DNA from: Clostridiales bacterium
Lineage (GTDB): Bacteria > Bacillota > Clostridia > Christensenellales > Pumilibacteraceae
Direction: 5' to 3'
Assembly (NCBI GenBank): GCA_029066805.1
Contig: JAIEFT010000013.1
Location: 1,167 to 65,166, forward strand
Length of the DNA stretch: 64,000 nt
Shown here: positions 10,545-19,050 of the stretch, in pieces
Numbering within the stretch: position 1 is the stretch's first letter
Layout: each line of letters begins with the position of its first letter
The notes under the pieces: generated by a model
The model's input: the letters and a program-made list of their open reading frames with translations, nothing else
Told to the model about the DNA's origin: nothing
Database searches by the model: none
Position numbers and translations under genes: made by a program

Positions 10545-10596
10545 TTATGTTATTAACCTCCGTGATTGTAGAGCTTGTTGTCGCTTATCCTTAATC

Positions 10597-10654
10597 TTGT
10601 CCTACGCAGCAAGCCTTTTGACTTATTCCGAGCGAAGAGCGAGGAATCTAGGAT
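10597..10654 (-). repeat. family B hairpin unit inserted between rplW and rplB
   Basis: ttgtcctacgcagcaagcc...ttattccgagcgaagagcgaggaatctaggat matches the unit at 26470-26520. The spacer is 127 bp. Confidence 0.6.
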
Positions 10655-10671
10655 TATACGCGACTTCAAGC

Positions 10672-10962
10672 TTAGGACAAAGTCTCAAAGAACGGTATCG
10701 CCTTTGACTCGGCTTTAAGCGTAACGTACGCTTTTTTGCCCTTGGACGTGTAGCCCTGCGTTCTGCCCTGTCTTTTGAGTTTGCCGCGGACATTGATCAC
10801 GTTGACCGACTCGACCTGAACGTCGAATATGCTTTCGACCGCAGCTTTTACCTGCACTTTGTCCGCGCGAGGGTCTACCATGAACACATAGCGTTTGATA
10901 GCCACGCCGTCGTTTGACTTTTCAGTCAGAACCGGACGAATGATGATGTCTTGTGCCGTCAT
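10672..10962 (-). CDS. rplW: 50S ribosomal protein L23
   Basis: IIRPVLTEKS...FMVDPRADKVQVKAAVE. Confidence 0.95.
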   Translation of the reverse strand: MTAQDIIIRPVLTEKSNDGVAIKRYVFMVDPRADKVQVKAAVESIFDVQVESVNVINVRGKLKRQGRTQGYTSKGKKAYVTLKAESKAIPFFETLS

Positions 10963-11603
10963 TATTGCGCCGCGACCTCCTTTGATGTGTATTTCTGTTC
11001 AATAGCCTTGATGGCTTCCACGGTCGTAAGCATGACCGTGTTGGCTACTACGTCGTAAACGCTGAGCTGATCGCTGTTGGCTGTGCGAACGTTGGGAATG
11101 TTGCCCGCCGCCCTTACTGCGTTGACGCTGCCGTTGGGAAGAACCAAAAGCACGCGGCTCTCTATTTTGAGCGCCTTAAGCACCGCCGCCATCTGCTTGG
11201 TCTTGGGCTCGATGTCGAGCTTGTCAAGCACTACGAGGTTGCCGTCCGAACGTTTTGCGGAAAGCGCGCTCGTAATAGCGGTTATGCGCATGATTTTGGT
11301 GATTTTTTTGCGAAAAGAACGCGGCTTCGGCGCAAAAACAACGCCGCCGCCCTTCCACTGCGGTGCGCGGATAGAGCCCTGACGAGCATTGCCGGTGCCC
11401 TTTTGACGCCACGGCTTTTTGCCGCCGCCCGTAACTTCCGTGCGGGTAAGCGTGCTTTTTGTTCCCTGGCGCGCGTTAGCCATCTGCGCGACTACTACCT
11501 GGTGAATAATCGACTCCTTGTACTCAGCGCCGAATACGCTGTCGTCCAGCTCCATAGTACCGGCGGAGCTGCCGTCCTGTTTAAATATCTCGATTGTAGG
11601 CAT
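10962..11603 (-). CDS. rplD: 50S ribosomal protein L4
   Basis: GGGKKPWRQKGTGNARQGSIRAPQWKGGG. Confidence 0.96.
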   Translation of the reverse strand: MPTIEIFKQDGSSAGTMELDDSVFGAEYKESIIHQVVVAQMANARQGTKSTLTRTEVTGGGKKPWRQKGTGNARQGSIRAPQWKGGGVVFAPKPRSFRKKITKIMRITAITSALSAKRSDGNLVVLDKLDIEPKTKQMAAVLKALKIESRVLLVLPNGSVNAVRAAGNIPNVRTANSDQLSVYDVVANTVMLTTVEAIKAIEQKYTSKEVAAQ

Positions 11604-11626
11604 AATTTCCTTAATTCTCCTCGTCC

Positions 11627-12256
11627 TTACTTAACGGTTTCCTTAACGGTAACCAGCCCGCCTTTAGGTCCGGGCACAGCGCCGCGGATCAAAAGCACGC
11701 CTCTCGCTTTGTCCACCTTGACAACCTTAAGGTTTTGGATGGTGACGTTCTCGTGACCGTACTGACCGGGCATTTTAAGGTTCTTAATGCGGCGCGACGG
11801 ATTGGAGTTAGCGCCGGTAGAACCGACCTCGCGGTGAACAGGACCGGTGCCGTGCGTCATCTTAAGGCGGTGGTGATTCCAGCGCTTGATAACGCCGGTG
11901 AAACCGCGGCCCTTGGTAACGCCGCTTACGTCAACCATATCGCCCTCGCCGAACATGGTGCAGTCGATAACGCTGCCCACGGTATACGAATCCGCATCTT
12001 CATAGCGGAACTCGCGCAAATAGCGCGCGGGCTTAGCCTTGGCCTTTTTGTACAAACCTGCTTCGGGTTTGTTGAGCTTGCCTTCTTTTATCTCCTCGAA
12101 CGCGCAGACTACCGCGCTGTAACCGTTGCGGTCAACAGTGCGAAGGTCGACAACCGTCATCGGTCCGCATTGAACAACCGTGACGGGAATGGCAACGTCG
12201 TTCTCGCCGAATATCTGCGTCATGCCGAGTTTTTTGCCTAAAATAGCTTTTTTCAT
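11627..12256 (-). CDS. rplC: 50S ribosomal protein L3
   Basis: ILGKKLGMTQIF...VSGVTKGRGFTG. Confidence 0.97.
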   Translation of the reverse strand: MKKAILGKKLGMTQIFGENDVAIPVTVVQCGPMTVVDLRTVDRNGYSAVVCAFEEIKEGKLNKPEAGLYKKAKAKPARYLREFRYEDADSYTVGSVIDCTMFGEGDMVDVSGVTKGRGFTGVIKRWNHHRLKMTHGTGPVHREVGSTGANSNPSRRIKNLKMPGQYGHENVTIQNLKVVKVDKARGVLLIRGAVPGPKGGLVTVKETVK

Positions 12257-12272
12257 TATATATCGGCTCCTT

Positions 12273-12581
12273 TTACAGCTTTATCTTGATGTCTACGCCT
12301 GCCGGAAGGTCGAGCTTCATAAGAGAGTCGACCGTCTTGCCCGACGGACTGTAAATGTCGATGAGACGCGAATACGTGCGAAGCTCGAATTGCTCGCGCG
12401 AGTCCTTGTGCTTGTGTACGGAGCGCAATATCGTAACCACTTCCTTCTGCGTAGGCAGAGGAATCGGCCCGCAAACCTTAGATCCGGTCTGCTTGGCTGC
12501 ATCGACGATCCGCTGTGCGGAACTGTCGACCAGTTCATGATCATACGCTCTTAGCTTGATTCTGATTTTCTGGCTTGACAT
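12273..12581 (-). CDS. rpsJ: 30S ribosomal protein S10
   Basis: [23 protein letters not shown]... Confidence 0.97.
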   Translation of the reverse strand: MSSQKIRIKLRAYDHELVDSSAQRIVDAAKQTGSKVCGPIPLPTQKEVVTILRSVHKHKDSREQFELRTYSRLIDIYSPSGKTVDSLMKLDLPAGVDIKIKL

Positions 12582-12734
12582 ATGTTTCTCCTTGTGTCCG
12601 CCCGACGTGCCGTACCCAATATATTGTATGGGCGTTCACGTGTTCGGGCGTGCCGTTTTGTGCGAATTTTTTTCGGGGCTTCTCGGCCCCGGTTTCTGTC
12701 CACAAAATCGCCACGCACACTGCGCAGCTTGTCT

Positions 12735-12763
12735 ATTGTACCAAACTTGTCCACCCTTGTCAA
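12735..12763 (-). promoter_or_regulatory. sigma-70-type promoter of the S10 operon
   Basis: Minus strand reads TTGACA (12763-12758), 17-nt spacer, TGgTACAAT (-10 at 12740-12735). About 150-nt leader containing the hairpin ccggggccgagaagccccgg. Confidence 0.7.
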
Positions 12764-12790
12764 CTGTTTTACGCTATCTTTTTAAAAAAA

Positions 12791-12873
12791 TTCAGAATTA
12801 AGAATGCAGAATGCAGAATTGGAGTTCTATCCTACTTTTGTCACTTCGAGCGATGCGAGGAGTCTCATCCGCT
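12791..12873 (+). repeat. family B element (GAATNNN heptamer array + hairpin unit)
   Basis: ttcagaattaagaatgcagaatgcagaatt, then ttttgtcacttcgagcgatgcgaggagtctcatccgct. Confidence 0.8.
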
Positions 12874-12918
12874 CTCCGCTATATAATATATGCTATATAA
12901 TATATAATGAAAGGAGAA

Positions 12919-13188
12919 TTATCGAATACAAAGTATTTCGTTGGCGTCCAAGTCGAGTATCACGCAAAGATTGGCAAACGTATCGAGTGCCGGCATTTTG
13001 TTCAAATTAAGATAATTCGATACGCTTTGTTGGCTTATTTTCAAACGGCGAGCAATTTCTGTCTGCGTAAGTCCGCTTAGTTTTATCGCCTCTTGGAGCT
13101 TTTTCCTAATTTGTTCAAGTACTATCACTATAACACCTCTAAAAAATTTTACAACCATTAGGTGTAATTTTGCTTGACTTACAATCAA
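12919..13188 (-). CDS. XRE-family helix-turn-helix transcriptional regulator
   Basis: LSGLTQTEIARRLKISQQSVSNYLN HTH. The real start is probably GTG 13128 behind AGAGGTG (70 aa); the track start at 13188 is a TTG inside the operator. Confidence 0.8.
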   Translation of the reverse strand: MIVSQAKLHLMVVKFFRGVIVIVLEQIRKKLQEAIKLSGLTQTEIARRLKISQQSVSNYLNLNKMPALDTFANLCVILDLDANEILCIR

Positions 13189-13224
13189 TGATTGTAGTAT
13201 TATATATTACAACTATTGATTGTA
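13174..13224. promoter_or_regulatory. divergent promoter region with two operator palindromes
   Basis: Perfect palindrome TACAATCAaTGATTGTA (13180-13196) fills the spacer of TTGACT(13174)-18-TATTAT(13198). Second near-palindrome TACAACTAtTGATTGTA at 13208-13224. Confidence 0.6.
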
Positions 13225-13617
13225 AGACAGGTATAATTCAATGCGCGAAAATCAAAAACAAACAGAAACGCCGAAGAAGATTGTTTACAGCAAGCTAAGT
13301 TTATCTTGGTACTTAGCCGGAATATATCTCGACATTATGCGCGGCTTGGGGATCTTTTCGTGCGACAAGTAATTTAAAAGACTTTTCGGCGAGCTTCGCG
13401 ATTATGTGGATAAACAATTCTTTTTGCAATGCGAAGGAGAAATAAACGATATATTTGTAGTTGCAGAACAAATAATAAAATCCGACAAAATAAATTACAA
13501 TTAAATTAATAAATTTAAAATACGCCGACCGCATGGTTGCGATGCCATCAATATATTTGTGCATTATCCGATAACTAATTAATCGAATTTTTAGCGGTTT
13601 TTCGAATTTTACACAGC

Positions 13618-13653
13618 AAAAAAGCACAAAAACGCTTGTTTTTGTGCTTTTTT
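13618..13653 (-). terminator. intrinsic terminator after the DUF2207-like gene pair
   Basis: 11-bp stem agcacaaaaac/gtttttgtgct, 4-nt loop, with A-run and T-run flanks. Confidence 0.7.
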
Positions 13654-13655
13654 GT

Positions 13656-14702
13656 TTAGAACATGAGAGTGTCGCGCAGCTCGCCCAAGTACCAGCTGGG
13701 ACCGTCGGTGGTAATTTTATCGAATTTTTCTTTTAATTTTTTCGTTATTTTTAATATATAGCAATACGGTAAAATATCGAAATAATAATTGGGATTTTCT
13801 TCTATCAACGTTTCCAATTGATCTTTTTCCGCGTCGAGCAAAAATTGTTTGAAAGCTCTTATCCTGCCGTAGATCTCGATATTTTTTTCCGAGCGGATAT
13901 CTATATGCGACGATATCAGCACGGTTGCTATAGACGCCGCCATACCTATTCCGATAGTAAGTGCGCTGTAGTACGGCAAGAATATGAGAACAACAGCCAG
14001 CGGCGCACCGCCCCATACGGCAATAAACGGATATTTTAGCATTACTTCAATAGGTTCGTCGTTTGGAATTGCTTTAAATAGTATTATGGCAATTATGGGA
14101 AATAGCATGACAGCATATATTCCGTCGCCGTCATAAACCGCATAATTTATCAGCGTGATTGCTATTATCGATAGCTCCGCAAAAACCAAGCTCAGTCCGG
14201 CGAGCCAGTCCGTCTTGCCCGTTCGGCGCTTTTTTGCTTTTTGCTTACAGCTTTCCATAAGCTTTTTGTTGACGTCTTTAATAGACGAAAGCGCGGCGAG
14301 CGTGTAAAGCTCTATGCTAGGCTCAAACAATCCGTCAAAATACTCCTTTTCTATTTTGAAGTTATTCCGCATCTGATTGGTCATTTCGCTTTCGTCTACT
14401 TCGGGCGGCTCAAGCTCTTTCAGCTTTGTGATCTTAAGCCCGCGCTTGCAGTCCTCTTCGATTTTTACAAATCCACGCGAAGCCCAGTACAGCATTAGCG
14501 GATTGATTATCTCGTGTGCTCTCAAGCGGTGCGAATAATACTTATTCATCACGTCTATCGGCGAATACCCGCGCGGCGGATAGAATTCTATCGGTCTTAA
14601 CGCGCGATTGAGCCTGAGCTTGCCGATAATGAGCGGCACAAGTGCGAACATTACCGTGCATACCGAAATGAGAATGCAAACGACAAAAACCCAAGTCTTC
14701 AT
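13656..14702 (-). CDS. membrane protein, DUF2207 C-terminal-domain-like
   Basis: N-terminal TM, PPRGYSPIDVMNKYY...WASRGFVKIEED, 4-5 TM block, FKQFLLDAEKDQL...ILPYCYIL. Start set to ATG 14702 (ATGA overlap with the upstream paralog). Confidence 0.65.
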   Translation of the reverse strand: MKTWVFVVCILISVCTVMFALVPLIIGKLRLNRALRPIEFYPPRGYSPIDVMNKYYSHRLRAHEIINPLMLYWASRGFVKIEEDCKRGLKITKLKELEPPEVDESEMTNQMRNNFKIEKEYFDGLFEPSIELYTLAALSSIKDVNKKLMESCKQKAKKRRTGKTDWLAGLSLVFAELSIIAITLINYAVYDGDGIYAVMLFPIIAIILFKAIPNDEPIEVMLKYPFIAVWGGAPLAVVLIFLPYYSALTIGIGMAASIATVLISSHIDIRSEKNIEIYGRIRAFKQFLLDAEKDQLETLIEENPNYYFDILPYCYILKITKKLKEKFDKITTDGPSWYLGELRDTLMF

Positions 14703-15751
14703 AGCAGTCGCCCCCTTCCTTCGGGATCGCCGCTGTACCATTTGGGCGGCGGAACGCCTTTGAACTTGCGCCCTACTATCCATTTGATATTGAAAGCGTA
14801 CAAAAACGGCAGCGCGGAATAGTATTCTTCGTCGTTCAGCTCGTATGCCGCGTCTTTAAATAGGAATTTTCTGTAATTGATCAAATCGGAATATTCGTCG
14901 AGATTTATTTTTTCGCGGTAATCCACAAACCGAATGAGCACTATCGGACCGACAAACAAAATTGTGACGGCTACGTATATCACGCCCAGAACGTCGTTGA
15001 CCTCCAGTCCTACCCACATGGCGATAGACCAGCCGATCGAAACGCCCAACCACATTCCGCACCAAACCGCTTTGAACAAAATGGGCATGCCCTTTACGAA
15101 TATCAAAACGATAAGCCCTATCAGCGCCATAAAAAACATTATAAGCATAAAATACATTCCGGTGAGCGCGCCGATCAACAACGCCGACAGCAACAACGGC
15201 AGTATGGAAAGCACAAACGTCACGACCTTGAGCGTATAGTGCGTCGAAGAATAAACGCCCTCGTCTTCCCTTGCGGCAAACTTATTGGAAATTCGCGTTA
15301 CCTCTGCTTTGGAGATAAGCGGCAAATGTATATTGATAGGTTTGCCGTAAGCGGCTTTTTTCATTGCTGCGTTGAACACCTCGCGATCGCGCACATACGT
15401 GCCGCGGTCGAAAAATACGGCTTTGTCGTTGTAGTGCATGGGCATGCTTTTTACTTTTTTCAGTATGACCGTGTGCGGCGTGACGTACTCGACCTTTATA
15501 TATCCCATTTGCGCCCAATGCGTTATCAGCGCGGCGGTCAGCCGCCTAGGATAAGTTTTGCCAATGAATATGCGCTGAACGTCGAGCGGCGAGAAGCCTT
15601 TTGGCATTTTTGTCACTTGCTCGTTTTTTACATTGCGCCTAGCGCGTCTGCCAAACACCAACGCGAGAATAAGTATGGCTACTACGCATGCATATATGCC
15701 CGCCGCAAAACTGTAATATATTATTGAACTGCTGTTCGATAAAAATGCCAT
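14699..15751 (-). CDS. membrane protein, DUF2207 C-terminal-domain-like (paralog)
   Basis: Same architecture: PKGFSPLDVQRIF...HWAQMGYIKVE, TM block, YRKFLFKDAAYEL...LPFLYAF. Confidence 0.65.
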   Translation of the reverse strand: MAFLSNSSSIIYYSFAAGIYACVVAILILALVFGRRARRNVKNEQVTKMPKGFSPLDVQRIFIGKTYPRRLTAALITHWAQMGYIKVEYVTPHTVILKKVKSMPMHYNDKAVFFDRGTYVRDREVFNAAMKKAAYGKPINIHLPLISKAEVTRISNKFAAREDEGVYSSTHYTLKVVTFVLSILPLLLSALLIGALTGMYFMLIMFFMALIGLIVLIFVKGMPILFKAVWCGMWLGVSIGWSIAMWVGLEVNDVLGVIYVAVTILFVGPIVLIRFVDYREKINLDEYSDLINYRKFLFKDAAYELNDEEYYSALPFLYAFNIKWIVGRKFKGVPPPKWYSGDPEGRGRLL

Positions 15752-15890
15752 AGCTTTTTCCGTACTTCCGTTTTCGGTTGTTTTTGAGGTAGAAAAATCG
15801 GCTCACGCCCAACAGTATTGTATCACGTTACGATTTACTCGTCAACAGTCTGCAATATTTCTTTCGCACCGCAAATGAACTCTGATCAAT

Positions 15891-16300
15891 ATGTTAAAAA
15901 ATCCTGATTTACTAAACCGTCGGTTTAGCTGAACGATGGGGTATACAAAGATTTAGCTTGTCCCAAAAATTTTTTGAATGAGAACGCCGAAGATAATTAA
16001 GAATTAAGAATGCAGAATTAAGAATTATAATACAAATGATATTACTCGGAGGTTCTTTGAATGATAAAGTGAATTTTACCAAATTCTTCACTACTTTTTG
16101 TCACTCCGAGCGCAGTAAGGAGTCCCAACCGCTTTACTCTGCATTCTGCACTCTTAATTCTGCATTCACAAAAATCCTAAAAATTTTATACAAAATCGCA
16201 CATTATTATCTTGTTACAAAATTTTTCCGCTCTGAGCTTAATGTCGAAAAATCACGATTTGCTAAACCGTCGGTTTAGCGTTACGGTAGGGTATACAAAA
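15891..16300 (+). repeat. composite ~415-bp repeat, copy 1
   Basis: End to end it aligns by eye with the reverse complement of 26230-26652. Contains ~48-bp direct terminal repeats, each with the palindrome CTAAACCGTCGGTTTAG (15912-15928, 16262-16278), heptamer arrays and a family B hairpin unit. Confidence 0.8.
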
Positions 16301-16402
16301 GTTTCTATTCTTCATGTAATATTCCGAGTAAAACCGTCGTAAAATCGCGTGAATTTTGCGCAACAAAAAATCGCCGACGTATATCGACGATTTTTGTACT
16401 TA

Positions 16403-16663
16403 CTATTTTTTATCTTGTTCTTGCAGATGAGCTGTTGCATCTGTGTTTTCGGTCGCTTGCTCATCCGCTTTGACCTCGGCTTTGTCGACATTGTCGGCTT
16501 CGACTGCGCCGTCGGTTTTATCGGCGTTCTGTTTGTTCTTTTTTCCAACCCAAACCATATATAATGCGACCGCGCCGAAGATAAGCAGCAGGAAAATCAC
16601 GCCCACTACATAGTACCAAGGGTCGGACGGATCGTTAAATACATTTGAAATAAACGGTAACAT
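16403..16663 (-). CDS. small membrane protein with acidic/Lys-rich tail
   Basis: ATG with AAGGAG SD 9 nt upstream. One TM (YYVVGVIFLLLIFGAVALYMVWV), then a low-complexity tail. Confidence 0.55.
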   Translation of the reverse strand: MLPFISNVFNDPSDPWYYVVGVIFLLLIFGAVALYMVWVGKKNKQNADKTDGAVEADNVDKAEVKADEQATENTDATAHLQEQDKK

Positions 16664-16792
16664 ATTCTTTTGCTCCTTTAAGCCTCTTTCGGCTAAATAA
16701 CATCAGTTGAAATACGGCGCGAAATCGCCCTTGCAATCAAGCAAATCTACTTGTATTATACAAAATTTCGCGTGGCGTGTCAAGCCGATAAT

Positions 16793-16947
16793 AATTCGGA
16801 ATTAAGATAATGATGAGACTCCTCACTACGTTTGGAGTGACAAAAGAGATTTGTTTAGCGTAATCAAAAATTTTTGTCACCTCGAGCGCAGTCGAGAGGT
16901 CTCATCCGCTTCATTCTGCATTCTGAATTCTTAATTCTGCATTAATT
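16793..16947. repeat. family B palindromic element (array - inverted hairpin units - array)
   Basis: gatgagactcctcactacgtttggagtgacaaaag ... tttttgtcacctcgagcgcagtcgagaggtctcatcc, then cattctgcattctgaattcttaattctgcatt. The right-hand array overlaps the last codons and stop of smpB. Confidence 0.8.
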
Positions 16948-17428
16948 CCCTTGCCGCAGTCCTGTTTATATCGCGCTCTTTAATAACATTTTTCTTTTCG
17001 TAGTTCTTTTTGCCCTTAGCCAAGGCGATTTCCACCTTGACAAATCTGCCTTTCATGTACATTTTGACGGGGACTATAGTAAAACCTTTCTCCGCCGCCT
17101 TGGACGCGAGCCGCTGTATCTGCGTTTTGTGTAGCAGTAATCGCCGCGTTCTGGTAGGGTCGGGAGCGAAAGCTCCGACGTTCTTATACGGGGTGATCCG
17201 GCAATTCTTAAGCTCGAGGTTGCCGTTTTCCATAAAACAAAAGCTGTCGCGCAGCGACACGTCGCCAACCTTTACCGACTTGACCTCCGATCCTTCGAGC
17301 GCGATTCCTGCCTCGAAGGTCTCCACAAAAAAGTAGTCAAACGCCGCCTTTTTATTAACCGCCACCGTTTTTATCGCAGTTTTAGACTCGGCTTTCTTAT
17401 TATTTTTTCGTTCTATTTTATTTTTCAT
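16931..17428 (-). CDS. smpB: SsrA-binding protein SmpB
   Basis: NKKAAFDYFF..FEAGIALEGSEVKS...GFTIVPVKMY. Start at ATG 17428, 1 nt after the mnmE stop. Confidence 0.93.
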   Translation of the reverse strand: MKNKIERKNNKKAESKTAIKTVAVNKKAAFDYFFVETFEAGIALEGSEVKSVKVGDVSLRDSFCFMENGNLELKNCRITPYKNVGAFAPDPTRTRRLLLHKTQIQRLASKAAEKGFTIVPVKMYMKGRFVKVEIALAKGKKNYEKKNVIKERDINRTAARELMQN

Positions 17429-17429
17429 A

Positions 17430-18764
17430 CTATTTTCCCACACAGAACCTTTCAAATACTTCGGAGAGAATGCTCTCGTCGGCGCGATCTCCGTACAGCT
17501 CGGCTATAGCAGAATACGCCTCGTATAGCAACGCCGCCACAATTTCCAGTCCTTCGGCTTTTTTCGCCTCGATTTTGGCGGCGTTCAGGCTATCGTAACA
17601 GCGCACGACACAATCGTATTGGCGATGATTGCAAACCGAGCCGAAATCCGCGGGGCAGAGGTCAAAAAGCCTCTGCTTGAGCGCAGTGATATTTATTTTT
17701 TCCCGCGCGCTTATGCAAATCCATTCGCCGTCGCGCGCCGCATTATAGTCTATTCCCACGTCTTTTTGGCTGTCGCACTTATTTTTTACCGACACAAACC
17801 GCGAAAACGCACTTTTATCTATATTAATATCACTACCATCAGTGACTAAAACCACCGCGTCTGCGTCTTTTGCCGCATTGATGGCGCGTTCTATCCCGAT
17901 TTTTTCCACCTGATCGTCTGTGTTTTCATTCAGTCCCGCCGTATCCGTAACGGAAAACTTACGCCCATTGTACACGTAATCGCCGTCAATCGTGTCACGT
18001 GTCGTGCCGGCAATAGGCGTTACTATAGCGCGGTCGCTGTCGGTCAACGCGTTGAGCAGGGTAGACTTACCCACGTTTGGCGCGCCGATAAGCGCCACCT
18101 TGAATCCGTCGTTTATTACCTTTCCTCCCGCAAAACCCGCAATTTCTTTTTCCAGCACGTCGGCAGCTTCGGTCACCGCAGCCAAAACAGCGCTCATTTC
18201 CGCACCGTCAACCTCGTTTTGTTCCATTTCGTCACTGTAGTGCAGTACCGCTTCTATAGAGCTGAGCGCTGTCTTAAGCAATTGCTGCACGGACGACAGC
18301 GACTTAAACTCGCCGGAATATCGCTTATTTCCGTATTCAAGCTGCTCCGCCGTCTGCGCGTCTATAATGTCGGCAAGCGCTTCACATTGCATCAGGTCGA
18401 GCTTTCCGTTAAAAAACGCGCGTTTGGTAAATTCTCCGCGCTCGGCAAGTCTTGCGCCGCCGCTAAGCAAAGCTTTAATAATAGTATCGCAAATAACCGG
18501 ATTCCCGTGCGGAAACAACTCAACAAGGTCTTCGCCTGTATATGATTTTGGCGCTTTGTACGCTACCGCCATAAGATTTTCGGTAAAACTTCCGCTAATA
18601 AATGTATTAACGCGCAGCATTCCCACCTTTAGCGGCTTAGCCAAAAACCCACTCAAAAGCTCGACACAGCCGTTACCGCTTATCCTGATTATCGCTACCG
18701 CCGACTTGCCGTACGGAGAGGCTAGCGCGGTTATTATATCGTTTTTTCTGTTTAAACTGTTCAT
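17430..18764 (-). CDS. mnmE: tRNA uridine-5-carboxymethylaminomethyl modification GTPase MnmE
   Basis: GAPNVGKSTLLNAL, DTAG, and the C-terminal FCVGK motif. Confidence 0.95.
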   Translation of the reverse strand: MNSLNRKNDIITALASPYGKSAVAIIRISGNGCVELLSGFLAKPLKVGMLRVNTFISGSFTENLMAVAYKAPKSYTGEDLVELFPHGNPVICDTIIKALLSGGARLAERGEFTKRAFFNGKLDLMQCEALADIIDAQTAEQLEYGNKRYSGEFKSLSSVQQLLKTALSSIEAVLHYSDEMEQNEVDGAEMSAVLAAVTEAADVLEKEIAGFAGGKVINDGFKVALIGAPNVGKSTLLNALTDSDRAIVTPIAGTTRDTIDGDYVYNGRKFSVTDTAGLNENTDDQVEKIGIERAINAAKDADAVVLVTDGSDINIDKSAFSRFVSVKNKCDSQKDVGIDYNAARDGEWICISAREKINITALKQRLFDLCPADFGSVCNHRQYDCVVRCYDSLNAAKIEAKKAEGLEIVAALLYEAYSAIAELYGDRADESILSEVFERFCVGK

Positions 18765-19050
18765 AGCTTTTTACAACTTTGTAGAAAAGTGTGGTTTTTA
18801 TTATACTTCCATTATTTAAATTATTTTAATTTTCAATTAATTGACGGGTTCTAAAATTTTGTGCACATTGTTTTTAACAAAGTTATGCGGCATTTCTACC
18901 GTGTTTTTACACATATTTATTCATAAACGAGCCGCTCTTTCGTCGAATGTTTTAAATTTTACACCATATATTGTGTGAAATAGGATTTATACACATTTTT
19001 ACCTTGCTTATTATACATAACTACTAATAAATAATATATAAACTCAACAC

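Noticed and set aside
790-12554. Many long plus-strand ORFs in the track across the ribosomal operon (for example 790..1542, 4938..5975, 6976..7785, 8488..9024, 11735..12241).
   Set aside because: They are all antisense to unmistakable ribosomal-protein, secY and adk genes. They have no SD and low-complexity or Arg/Ser-rich translations. They are shadow ORFs of a compact, highly expressed operon.
13313-13627. 104-aa minus-strand ORF in the AT-rich patch.
   Set aside because: Its start codon lies inside the terminator hairpin 13618-13653. It has no SD and a Phe/Tyr/Ile/Lys-rich composition typical of random AT-rich sequence, and it is overlapped by an alternative small plus-strand ORF. It is not supportable as a gene.
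16036-16278. ORFs 16036..16278, 26265..26447, 28108..28323 and 12575..12886, which contain CHSERSKESQ / CHFERSEKSQ / NSAFLILNSAF-type peptides.
   Set aside because: They are translations of the family B/composite repeats. The same peptide strings recur wherever the repeat occurs, in either orientation, without SDs.
18765-19050. Possible oriC in the AT-rich mnmE-rsmG gap, near parB/parS.
   Set aside because: Only one 9-mer fits the relaxed DnaA box TTATNCACA, and the others have 2-3 mismatches. There is no dnaA/dnaN nearby and no clear strand-bias switch at this point. It is more simply the mnmE promoter region.
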